A stretch of DNA of 64,000 nt, taken from a virus. Location of the stretch: IMG/VR virus record IMGVR_UViG_3300023174_003073, positions 96,001 to 160,000 of that record, one strand, 5' to 3'. The notes under the pieces were generated by a model. That model made no database searches. It was not told where the DNA came from and saw only the letters and a program-made list of their open reading frames with translations. The translations under genes and the position numbers were made by a program. Of this stretch, positions 56,224 through 64,000 are shown piece after piece. Positions within the stretch are counted from its first letter, which is position 1; each line of letters begins with the position of its first letter.

Positions 56224-56461
56224 TATCTTTTTTCCTCAAACTTTTTGAGAATCTACCTTGGTCACGTGCTTTAATTGCACTTAGCAATTTTCTCTCTAAA
56301 ATTTGAGCCTTTTCACCGTCATAATGCTTATTAATCATTTCTAATAAATTAATTGCACTGGTAATAATATTGTGGGCACGGCTTTCAATAATATGTGACG
56401 TATCACGATTATTGCCAATTGCTTCTAATTCTTCTAAAAGACTGCGAGTTTTTCGTTGCAT
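56210..56461 (-). CDS. hypothetical protein
   Basis: ORF track; GATAAATA at 56483-56490. Confidence 0.7.
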   Translation of the reverse strand: MQRKTRSLLEELEAIGNNRDTSHIIESRAHNIITSAINLLEMINKHYDGEKAQILERKLLSAIKARDQGRFSKSLRKKDNESE

Positions 56462-56488
56462 TTTTGGTATAGATCCTAATAGTATTTA

Positions 56489-57901
56489 TCAATTTTTGAG
56501 ATTGTTAAGTAGTGCTTTTAATTTGCTACCCTGCACGTCTGCAACTACCCGTTTAGTTTCTTCAGGAATATAGATATTTTCCCCAACCACAGTTGACTGG
56601 GGCTTTAATTGATTCATAATCTCGTTAGGACTAGGGGCAGGACGATACTTCATTTGCTGATCTCCATGACCCTCAGGATCCTCGTCTGTAATTCTCATGG
56701 TTTCTACGTTATATTCCAAGTCAATTTTTTGACCTACACCAGTCGAACTACGACTTTTCATACACTGAATCTGATACTTACCGCGTTCACGCATACTACG
56801 ACTTGTAAAGATACCAAATACGTTATCTGCTGTATTAATCTTACTGATACCACCTGCAATATGACTATGGTCAAACTCAATTTCTTCAACTGCACTACGA
56901 TTCAACTGACTTGCAGTAACCATTAATACACCTAATTCTTTGGATAGGTTACGCAATTCTTCTGACACATACTTGTCTTTAATAAACTGGTCGTTAGGAT
57001 TTACTTTAACAGACACGGGCATTACTAGATCCAGATAGTCAATCATCACAAAGTCAACTTTGATACCTGTTTGTATCTGTACTTCTTTCAAGTAACTACG
57101 AATATCGTTAACATTGCTTTGTGCGGGCAATCCTTTAACACGATAGTCACCTGATTTCTTACCTGCTAATTTAACTTTAAGTTCAGTATTATCAATATCT
57201 TTACGAATGTCTCTGGTACTCATCATAGTCAACATCGCATCAGTTCTAAGTGAAGTCAATTCTTCTGAGAGTTCCAATGAGATATAAACGCCACTCAATC
57301 CCATACCTAACCAATTCAGTGCAATGTTCATCATCACCAATGATTTACCTGAACCTGAACCACCTGCAAAGATATTCAATTCACCTCGACTAAAGCCACC
57401 ATACAACAACCTATCAAGTTGCGGCCAGCCTGTGCTTTGTTGTCCACCTGCATTAAAGTATTTGTGCAATCGTCCTTTAGGGTCAGCAAAGTAATCTGTA
57501 CCCATATCTCGTTGTAAACTAATCTGCACTGCTTCTTTGATTAGTTTCTCGACGGGACCAAAGTCACCCTTCTCTAACAAATCGGCTGCTTTGAGGATTG
57601 CTCGTTCTAATTCTTGTCTTTTAGTAAATGATTCAAATTCTTCTAAGAACCATTCAGTATGTTTATCACCGAAATCTTCAACCATATCAAGTTGAACACC
57701 TGTGGTCGCTACAATTTGTTTACTATCGGGTAGTAAACTATACTTCTCACTATATTCTATCATAAACTCTGCAACAGGTCTTAAAGACTTGTCAAAGTTC
57801 TGAGCATTCATAATATTCATTACCCTTGTATACAATTCTGCATTTGTCAGAATCATTTGTAAAAAGAGTTTTTGAATCTCTACGTTATATTCCTTTTGCA
57901 A
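56489..57901 (-). CDS. gp41: DnaB-like replicative helicase (T4 gp41-like)
   Basis: GGSGSGKS, ISLEL, IDYLDL, TASQLNR and MKSR motifs; TTG start. Confidence 0.92.
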   Translation of the reverse strand: MQKEYNVEIQKLFLQMILTNAELYTRVMNIMNAQNFDKSLRPVAEFMIEYSEKYSLLPDSKQIVATTGVQLDMVEDFGDKHTEWFLEEFESFTKRQELERAILKAADLLEKGDFGPVEKLIKEAVQISLQRDMGTDYFADPKGRLHKYFNAGGQQSTGWPQLDRLLYGGFSRGELNIFAGGSGSGKSLVMMNIALNWLGMGLSGVYISLELSEELTSLRTDAMLTMMSTRDIRKDIDNTELKVKLAGKKSGDYRVKGLPAQSNVNDIRSYLKEVQIQTGIKVDFVMIDYLDLVMPVSVKVNPNDQFIKDKYVSEELRNLSKELGVLMVTASQLNRSAVEEIEFDHSHIAGGISKINTADNVFGIFTSRSMRERGKYQIQCMKSRSSTGVGQKIDLEYNVETMRITDEDPEGHGDQQMKYRPAPSPNEIMNQLKPQSTVVGENIYIPEETKRVVADVQGSKLKALLNNLKN

Positions 57902-57902
57902 T

Positions 57903-58403
57903 TCAATTTCCTTTGTTTATTGATGTGTCATATTGACCATCAATCAAAATATATAACATACGACATACATTTGATGACCTATTAGCCCATGCATGGTTAG
58001 TACCTCGTTGTATTACAACTGCCCCTTTTTGTAAATCAACTTCTGAATCATCTAATACTAATGTAATCTCTCCTTCCATCACGATACTATAATCAATTGA
58101 TTCAGTGACATGCATTAAGGGATGTGGTTTTAAAAATCTAAATTCTGTAGTCTCAGGTGGAATATCAGCAAATCTAATTCTTGTACCATTTTTTGGAGGT
58201 TCAAATTTTAATGGGCTGTTTGTAGGATCAATCCTATTATCAATTATTGCTGGCATTTCTGTAGTATTCCATACTTCGTGTAATACAAGACCTGGAATAA
58301 TATCTAAATCAAAAACATTAGGCAAAGTTCCATTTGAAGTTATTATTGATTTACCCTCATTGTTGTGACCTGTAACCACACGATGAATCTTGGGATAAGT
58401 CAT
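57903..58403 (-). CDS. cupin-2 domain protein
   Basis: RVVTGH, MHVTESIDY..V..GE and VVIQRGTNHAWANRS. Confidence 0.85.
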   Translation of the reverse strand: MTYPKIHRVVTGHNNEGKSIITSNGTLPNVFDLDIIPGLVLHEVWNTTEMPAIIDNRIDPTNSPLKFEPPKNGTRIRFADIPPETTEFRFLKPHPLMHVTESIDYSIVMEGEITLVLDDSEVDLQKGAVVIQRGTNHAWANRSSNVCRMLYILIDGQYDTSINKGN

Positions 58404-59377
58404 TCTATGGCCTTTAATAATTTACGCTTTTGCATTTCTATTTTAATTTTACTCATTGTAGCATTTTCTAATATACTTAGTAAAGTAGGCAATCTACCAT
58501 ATTTTACCACTGCATCATTCACATCTTTAACTGAGCTATCCCAATCAGGTAAACTAACACTATACCCAAACTCTAATGCTTTGTCACATATCTCCAGACC
58601 AGTCGCATCACGATCGGGTACAACGATTATTTTCTTATTCAATTGTGCTAGCAATTGTGCTTGTTCTGTTGATATTGTATTATGTGTTAAAGCACAACCA
58701 TGAATGCTCAATGCATCAAAAATACCTTCAACTACGATACATGCTTGCCATTCTGGTTTCTGAAAATCATATCCAAATACATATCCTGCTTCTTGGTCAT
58801 TGATATACTTAGGAATTCTGTTATCTAAAAATCTGCTCGTATGACCTACAGTTTTTCCCTTATATGTATAGGGGATAACAATTCGATTTGATTGTCTGCC
58901 CTTATCATTGGGTGTGACTACAAAGGGTAATATTGTTTTATCAATCTTTCTGTTTTGTAGATATTGTAAGAATACACTATGATTAGGATTATTGCTATCT
59001 AACAATTCACCGTCAGGTAATTCTCTTGCTTTAAACGAAATTGTTTCACGAACCTTTTTGGTATATGTAAAATCTAAAAAGTCTTTGTTGCGTAAACTTT
59101 CAAGACTCCAAAGTTGAATCTGTTCTATGTCAACACCACACCACAATAAGAATTGTTTTGCTCTTTCAGAAATAACTCTTCCCAAAGTAAAACTGCAACT
59201 ATAGCTACAGTTAAAGCAATGGTATACCCAGTTAGTTTGTCCATCAAACTTAATACCACCTCTGAATCTATCATCAGGCCTATGCCCACGATGGGAACAA
59301 CAAATTGCGTTGAAACTAGTCCAACCACCACTTGTTTGTTTCTTACGACCGGGTATTATTGAGAGTATATCAAACAT
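58400..59377 (-). CDS. gp61: DNA primase (Zn finger + Toprim; T4 gp61-like)
   Basis: CC.H...YHCFNC; VEGIFDA; PDRDATG; KDVNDA. Confidence 0.88.
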   Translation of the reverse strand: MFDILSIIPGRKKQTSGGWTSFNAICCSHRGHRPDDRFRGGIKFDGQTNWVYHCFNCSYSCSFTLGRVISERAKQFLLWCGVDIEQIQLWSLESLRNKDFLDFTYTKKVRETISFKARELPDGELLDSNNPNHSVFLQYLQNRKIDKTILPFVVTPNDKGRQSNRIVIPYTYKGKTVGHTSRFLDNRIPKYINDQEAGYVFGYDFQKPEWQACIVVEGIFDALSIHGCALTHNTISTEQAQLLAQLNKKIIVVPDRDATGLEICDKALEFGYSVSLPDWDSSVKDVNDAVVKYGRLPTLLSILENATMSKIKIEMQKRKLLKAIE

Positions 59378-59378
59378 C

Positions 59379-59413
59379 TGTGTTAGTATAACACAATGTC
59401 ATTCATATTACAA
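59379..59413 (-). promoter_or_regulatory. sigma70-type promoter TTGTAA-17-TATACT, leaderless, with a palindrome over the -10 box
   Basis: -35 at 59408-59413, -10 at 59385-59390, ATG 7 nt downstream; TGTGTTA-N3-TAACACA. Confidence 0.65.
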
Positions 59414-59426
59414 GAATGATGGTTAC

Positions 59427-60179
59427 TTATCTTACTAAAATCTGGTTAATTGTTCCGCCCGAACTATAGAACTCTACACGCAAACGAGGGAAATACCCTT
59501 CCACATTGATATAGTCAGTGCTTGTATAACCAGAATAAGATACTTCATCGCTGATGTAAAACCATTCAGTATCGTTACCGGATACAGATCCTTGTATTCG
59601 CAGTGTACCCATATAATCAGTAAGTTGTGTTTGGAACGTAAAGAATGATACATCATTTGGTGTGTAAGGTGAGCTATAGAATGTTACCGGAGCTTGTTCA
59701 GTTGGTGTAGTATGTACAGGTATATCCAATTGCTCAGAGGGTAGATACTTTGGTAATACACTATTAACTATGTCAATAACACCTCTGCCACCTGCACTAT
59801 CATCCACAAATACTGGATACTCAAATGTACTTTCCGGAATAGTCAACGAATAATAACACAATGTTGCATCCATTTCTAATGTTTCACTGGAAAGTACCTG
59901 TAATGTTGCAATCCCAGTCAAAGGATATAATAGTGTTAATGCTTTCTGTAGTATAACTTCTGATCCATCATAACTCATTAATCTGCAATTAATTGTCTTT
60001 CCTGTGATATCAACGGGTTTTTGGTCTTGATTTAAAAACTGAAATTGCAGTTGATTGTCAATTCCTTTGTGGATTTTTAGATTTTTAGCATACACGGTTT
60101 GATATCTCCTAGGTGAGGATCCTGAATACAATACTACAGTTTGTCGGGGGATATAATAGTTTACTGAGGTAGAATACAA
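59427..60179 (-). CDS. virion structural protein (BppU N-terminal-like)
   Basis: KGIDNQLQFQFLNQDQKPVDITG pattern; late box at 60198-60205. Confidence 0.55.
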   Translation of the reverse strand: MYSTSVNYYIPRQTVVLYSGSSPRRYQTVYAKNLKIHKGIDNQLQFQFLNQDQKPVDITGKTINCRLMSYDGSEVILQKALTLLYPLTGIATLQVLSSETLEMDATLCYYSLTIPESTFEYPVFVDDSAGGRGVIDIVNSVLPKYLPSEQLDIPVHTTPTEQAPVTFYSSPYTPNDVSFFTFQTQLTDYMGTLRIQGSVSGNDTEWFYISDEVSYSGYTSTDYINVEGYFPRLRVEFYSSGGTINQILVR

Positions 60180-60262
60180 AATATTGGTCCTTTACTATAT
60201 TTATTAAATTTAAATACATTGGGCAACCAAATATGATAAATAAATCCGAGAACACTAAAATA

Positions 60263-60643
60263 ATGATTCAAAACGAATTCTTCAACAAACTAACTAAAAA
60301 TCACCCCTTCATAACCATTTGTTCCTACGCAGGACAAGATTACGTTGGAATAGTACAAAATCGTGATGAAATAGTCACAACTATCTATGATTACGGGGCG
60401 ATAGTTGATAACATTCTTAGGGAAAAGTTCTTAGAATTAGGTGATACATGGTGGTGGGAAAGTAATCGATTAGTACCCATCAATATGTTCTTAAAAGAAG
60501 AATGGATCATGTTCAAACCCTATCTTAGAACATTCAATAACAAAAGTCTCACTGTAGTTCATGGCCCGATATGCAGTATATTAGAACTGGCCAAAAGAAA
60601 ATCAAAAAGAAAATCAATTACTCTCGTTAAGAGAATGTCCTAA
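60263..60643 (+). CDS. hypothetical protein
   Basis: ORF track; start likely MIQNE (60263); WWWESNR motif. Confidence 0.65.
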   Translation: MIQNEFFNKLTKNHPFITICSYAGQDYVGIVQNRDEIVTTIYDYGAIVDNILREKFLELGDTWWWESNRLVPINMFLKEEWIMFKPYLRTFNNKSLTVVHGPICSILELAKRKSKRKSITLVKRMS

Positions 60644-61207
60644 TTCTTCTAATAAGTTCATATGAACAACTACCAAGTGTGCGTAGGCAATAGCATGACT
60701 TTTCTTAAAGCTATACCCATCAATATTCTTCTCCCACACTGTCTCCGCAACTTCTTTCCAAGATAATCCAATTAAATGCTTTTTAGCAGGTCGAATGATT
60801 GCTAGCATCATAGCAAGTCTCGGTATGCTATTGATAGGTTCTAACATCTTTTGCATACTATAATAATGATTGCTCAAGTGAATTAATTGTTCCACGAATG
60901 TTTTGTCATTTAGTTTATCCCAATTAGGTTCACGCATCAATTCAATTAGATGCTGTTCGTCACGTACTTTATCATATACATGAACATTCAAAAAGTCTAG
61001 TTTGAGATACCCTCGTTGGTCTGCTTCACTATAGTCTATATTAGCCATGTCAAGTAATGCATCGTATGGAACTTCTGTTACATAGATACCTGTTGCATGT
61101 TTACGAATAGGGTTTGCTCTACGCATTGCCGCAGGAACATGAGATATATATTGTAAAATATTATCTCTGTTCCCGAAGTCAATATCAATATCAGACTGAA
61201 ACTTCAT
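60614..61207 (-). CDS. dnaE: DNA polymerase III alpha (DnaE)-like fragment, catalytic part
   Basis: SDIDIDF, KHATG, GYLKLDFL, LAIIRP and YSFKKSHAIAYA match DnaE PDxDxDF, HAGG, KxDFLG, ALxRPG and YxFNKSHxxAY. Confidence 0.85.
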   Translation of the reverse strand: MKFQSDIDIDFGNRDNILQYISHVPAAMRRANPIRKHATGIYVTEVPYDALLDMANIDYSEADQRGYLKLDFLNVHVYDKVRDEQHLIELMREPNWDKLNDKTFVEQLIHLSNHYYSMQKMLEPINSIPRLAMMLAIIRPAKKHLIGLSWKEVAETVWEKNIDGYSFKKSHAIAYAHLVVVHMNLLEELGHSLNESN

Positions 61208-61985
61208 TATATTTTGGTATGCAAACGTTTAGTGCTGATTCAAGGCTTTGAATTGGAAAAACAGATTCTAGTTTAACAGTGTTTAACACACAATTACTAC
61301 GCGGTGCAACTACTGCTTTTGCAAATTCTTCTTTAGTAAACCATTCTTTCTTTAAACCAAGTTTATCTGCTAACTCTTTTGTTGTCGCCGAGCCATGATT
61401 GCAAACATTATACAATCCTTTTGGTATTGTCTTATAATTGTTTGCAAACTCAACTGCAACTTTAGCAACATCAGGAACATAACTTAAACTGTTTTCATAA
61501 TCAATAAGTTTGTCGTAACGTGCTAACTTACTGAACAAATTCTTGGGGTCATGGTCATCGCTGAATGGCATGCGAATACGCAATAGATAACTCTTATTCA
61601 TATAGGGCTCTAATAGTTTTTGTTCTAGTGCTTTACTACCGCTATAGAAACTACCATTATTAAAGTTGAAGTTAGGTTCATCTAATTCAGTGTAATGCTT
61701 TTCATACCCGGTATATACACAGCCACTGCTGATATGTACAATGGGACATTTCTCAGTTTGTTCTAAGAACAATGGATACAACACATTGCCATCAATTGTT
61801 TCTTGTTTGTAAATCTCACACGCATCCACGTTAGGCACACCAGTAAACCCGGTAGCATTAATGATTGCTCGTTTGCCAGGTGGAACAGGATCAGTATGTC
61901 TAATCCATGTGTGTTCTAAATTTTGTGCTTGTAATTCTTTTTGTATCGCTTTACCGATATATCCATGTCCAATAAGTACTATCAT
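61191..61985 (-). CDS. NDP-4-keto-6-deoxyglucose reductase (RmlD family; resembles the NRS/ER 3,5-epimerase/4-reductase type)
   Basis: GxGxxG, PNVDACE..K.ET..GNV, SGCVY, PNF...SFYSGSK and LRIRMP. Confidence 0.75.
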   Translation of the reverse strand: MIVLIGHGYIGKAIQKELQAQNLEHTWIRHTDPVPPGKRAIINATGFTGVPNVDACEIYKQETIDGNVLYPLFLEQTEKCPIVHISSGCVYTGYEKHYTELDEPNFNFNNGSFYSGSKALEQKLLEPYMNKSYLLRIRMPFSDDHDPKNLFSKLARYDKLIDYENSLSYVPDVAKVAVEFANNYKTIPKGLYNVCNHGSATTKELADKLGLKKEWFTKEEFAKAVVAPRSNCVLNTVKLESVFPIQSLESALNVCIPKYNEVSV

Positions 61986-62470
61986 AGTTGTCCTTTATAT
62001 CTTTCTATAATTTCTGGGCTATGCTGAGCCGGTGCATTTGCACTTGTGTCTTTTTGTTTTTCCAATTCATAAACACGCTTACGCAATTCACTAGAACTGT
62101 AATTGTGTTGTCTCTTATGATAATGCAATTCAATGCTATTGTCAATACAATATTGCTTTCCGGTAAAATCTCTATTGAGATATTCTTCACTTAGGAAACG
62201 AATATTAATAGTTTGGGTCATTAACATTTGTAGTAAATCGTATTCAGTTGAGTATACCAAAATCTCATCAACATACTTACATGCCTGCAATTGCACATAG
62301 CGTTCATATACACTTTGACATGGTTTGTTTTTAACACCCGGTCTATCAATTGTGGGATCAACTTGTAGTGCAACTATTAAATAGTCGCACAATTCTTTTT
62401 CCATCTTTAACATTGTTACATGTCCGGCATGAAACAAATCAAAACTGCTACAATTAAATCCTATTTTCAT
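61982..62470 (-). CDS. cytidylyltransferase (TagD / glycerol-3-phosphate cytidylyltransferase-like)
   Basis: SFDLFHAGH (HxGH), ER...L.ACKYVDE and R.H.YSSS.LR. Confidence 0.85.
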   Translation of the reverse strand: MKIGFNCSSFDLFHAGHVTMLKMEKELCDYLIVALQVDPTIDRPGVKNKPCQSVYERYVQLQACKYVDEILVYSTEYDLLQMLMTQTINIRFLSEEYLNRDFTGKQYCIDNSIELHYHKRQHNYSSSELRKRVYELEKQKDTSANAPAQHSPEIIERYKGQL

Positions 62471-63377
62471 TTTTATACCATTCTATTGTTTTTTTCAAAC
62501 CTACACCTAATGAATGTGATACATTCCAATCTGTGTCACGTAATACTAAACTGATATCAGTACTATATCTCATATCATGTCCCGGTCTATCATTTACGTA
62601 TGTAATTAAATCAGTACTTGATTCCATCAAATTCAATATTTGTTTAACCAAATCAATGTTTTTGATTTCACAATCGCCACCAATACAGTATCTATCTTGC
62701 TTGTTGTCTAGCTGAGAAATTTTATAAATTGCATCACATGTATCTTCTACATAAATCCAATCACGAACCTGTAAACCCTGACCATACACCGGAATACTTT
62801 TATTCTGTAAAATATTAGAGATTGTTTTGGGAATCATCTTTTCAGTGTGTTGATATGGTCCATAGTTATTACTGCTATTAATAATAACACCCTTCATACC
62901 GTATGTGTTTTTAAACGCGGTTACAAAATGTTCAGCACTTGCCTTACTAGCAGAGTATGGATTATGAGGATCAATTTGTGATTGTTCATTGAACTTATAT
63001 GGCTCTGCAACTTCTCCAAATACTTCATCAGTTGAGATATGTATGAACTTAACATTTTTATTACGGAAATAATTCAATAGATTGATAGTACCGTGAATGT
63101 TTGATTTTACAAAAGGTTGAACATCGTTTATTGAATTGTCTACGTGACTTTCTGCGGCAAAGTGATAAACTTCTGTAAAAGAAAATCTATCTAATTCTTT
63201 TAAAGAATGTTCGTCTGCAATATCAATAACTGCATAGTTAACTGATAACTTCTTCAATGCTTCTGGATTGCTTGCATAGGTTAATTTGTCAATGACAAAT
63301 ATATCTTTTTTCTTTTCTAATAAGTATTTGACAAAGTTCAAACCAATGAACCCAGCACCGCCTGTTACTAATATCAT
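62454..63377 (-). CDS. rmlB: dTDP-glucose 4,6-dehydratase
   Basis: TGGAGFIG, DKLTYA, HFAAESHVD, STDEVFG, PYSASKA, NNYGPYQ, RDWIYVED and DRPGHD.RY. Confidence 0.93.
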   Translation of the reverse strand: MILVTGGAGFIGLNFVKYLLEKKKDIFVIDKLTYASNPEALKKLSVNYAVIDIADEHSLKELDRFSFTEVYHFAAESHVDNSINDVQPFVKSNIHGTINLLNYFRNKNVKFIHISTDEVFGEVAEPYKFNEQSQIDPHNPYSASKASAEHFVTAFKNTYGMKGVIINSSNNYGPYQHTEKMIPKTISNILQNKSIPVYGQGLQVRDWIYVEDTCDAIYKISQLDNKQDRYCIGGDCEIKNIDLVKQILNLMESSTDLITYVNDRPGHDMRYSTDISLVLRDTDWNVSHSLGVGLKKTIEWYKNENRI

Positions 63378-63937
63378 TTTTTACTCTCCACTAATCCTGC
63401 TTTTATTAATTTCATATATGCTTTCTGTACAACAATAGCCTGCCGTTCAGCATCTTCTACTGCCTTGTGACTTGTAACATGTCCACCGTCTTTTAGACTT
63501 ACTCCAGTAATATCAAATAATGTTCGTGTATCTCTTACTGTATAGAAAGCCCAGGGTATTGGATTAGGTCTAGTTGATGTTTGTCTTAGTGCTGACTCCA
63601 TGACAACAACGTCAAAAGGTGCACCATGCGACCACACAGCACGACGGTTCCAACAAAACTTATATAGTTTCTCCATACAGTCAGATAATGATTCACGTCC
63701 AGAATCTCCCATAGCTTCTTCTTGTGCAGCCACACTTTGAGTACTCCACCAACGCAATGTATCTTCATTGATACTACGGTTGTAGATTTCAGTTTGATCC
63801 TCAATAGTAGGTCGTAGTTCTAATCGTTCTACTACACCAGAGCCTTTAGGATCGAATCGTACAGCACCGATAGTAAGTATAACACAATCAGGTGTTGTGT
63901 TCAAACTTTCAATGTCAATCATCACATCGTTTGCCAT
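63374..63937 (-). CDS. DEDD 3'-5' exonuclease (Rv2179c / RNase AS-like)
   Basis: MIDIESL, IGAV.F, T..WW..Q, FD, RDTRT and H.A..DA..Q. Confidence 0.85.
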   Translation of the reverse strand: MANDVMIDIESLNTTPDCVILTIGAVRFDPKGSGVVERLELRPTIEDQTEIYNRSINEDTLRWWSTQSVAAQEEAMGDSGRESLSDCMEKLYKFCWNRRAVWSHGAPFDVVVMESALRQTSTRPNPIPWAFYTVRDTRTLFDITGVSLKDGGHVTSHKAVEDAERQAIVVQKAYMKLIKAGLVESKK

Positions 63938-63938
63938 A

Positions 63939-64000
63939 TTATTGCCACCTTAATAGAAACATCATAAAGTCTGATTCTTGTAAAAAAGTTATACTGTTTG
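63939..64000 (-). CDS. 3' end of a small phage protein (...ITFLQESDFMMFLLRWQ*)
   Basis: Manual translation; the FxLxW terminus is typical of small phage proteins. Confidence 0.5.
   Translation of the reverse strand, partial: NSITFLQESDFMMFLLRWQ

Noticed and set aside
1-64000. tRNA genes, stop-codon reassignment, integrase or transposase
   Set aside because: No cloverleaf or T-loop motifs were seen in the short intergenic gaps, conserved genes are intact in code 11, and no recombinase motifs were recognised.

Overview
This window is 64 kb of an AT-rich (roughly 35% GC by eye), large T4-like myovirus (jumbo-phage-type) genome. It uses the standard genetic code and almost all genes lie on the minus strand. 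Virion genes: tail sheath, tail tube and a tube paralog, neck gp13/gp14/gp15, head completion gp4, a probable small terminase subunit, a 1922-aa fibre and other fibre/Ig-domain proteins. Lysis genes: a GH19 endolysin and a 3TM holin. Replication and nucleotide genes: gp41 helicase, primase, clamp loader, dNMP kinase, MazG, NUDIX and exonucleases. Host-like auxiliary genes: Dps, ClpA, DnaJ, GroES, PhoH, a cupin and NDP-sugar enzymes. No tRNA, CRISPR array, integrase or reverse transcriptase was seen. The main observations are: (1) a much-shortened DnaE (Pol III alpha) split into two genes about 39 kb apart, with the catalytic half coupled to an NDP-sugar/cytidylyltransferase operon; (2) a repeated regulatory layout in which a T4-type late promoter (NATAAATA) sits in a hairpin that hides the RBS or start codon of the downstream gene; (3) about 14 proteins with T4 IPII/IPIII-like capsid-targeting N-termini, including a 1-9.7 kb cluster of probable injected enzymes (two Pol-beta nucleotidyltransferases, a ligase-like protein, a Gp88 Fe-S protein, an atypical zincin); (4) an unannotated 27-aa ORF followed by a GC-rich multi-hairpin element, plus a three-way-junction leader RNA; (5) many leaderless sigma70 and late transcripts. 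All functional calls come from motif recognition by eye; no searches were run.
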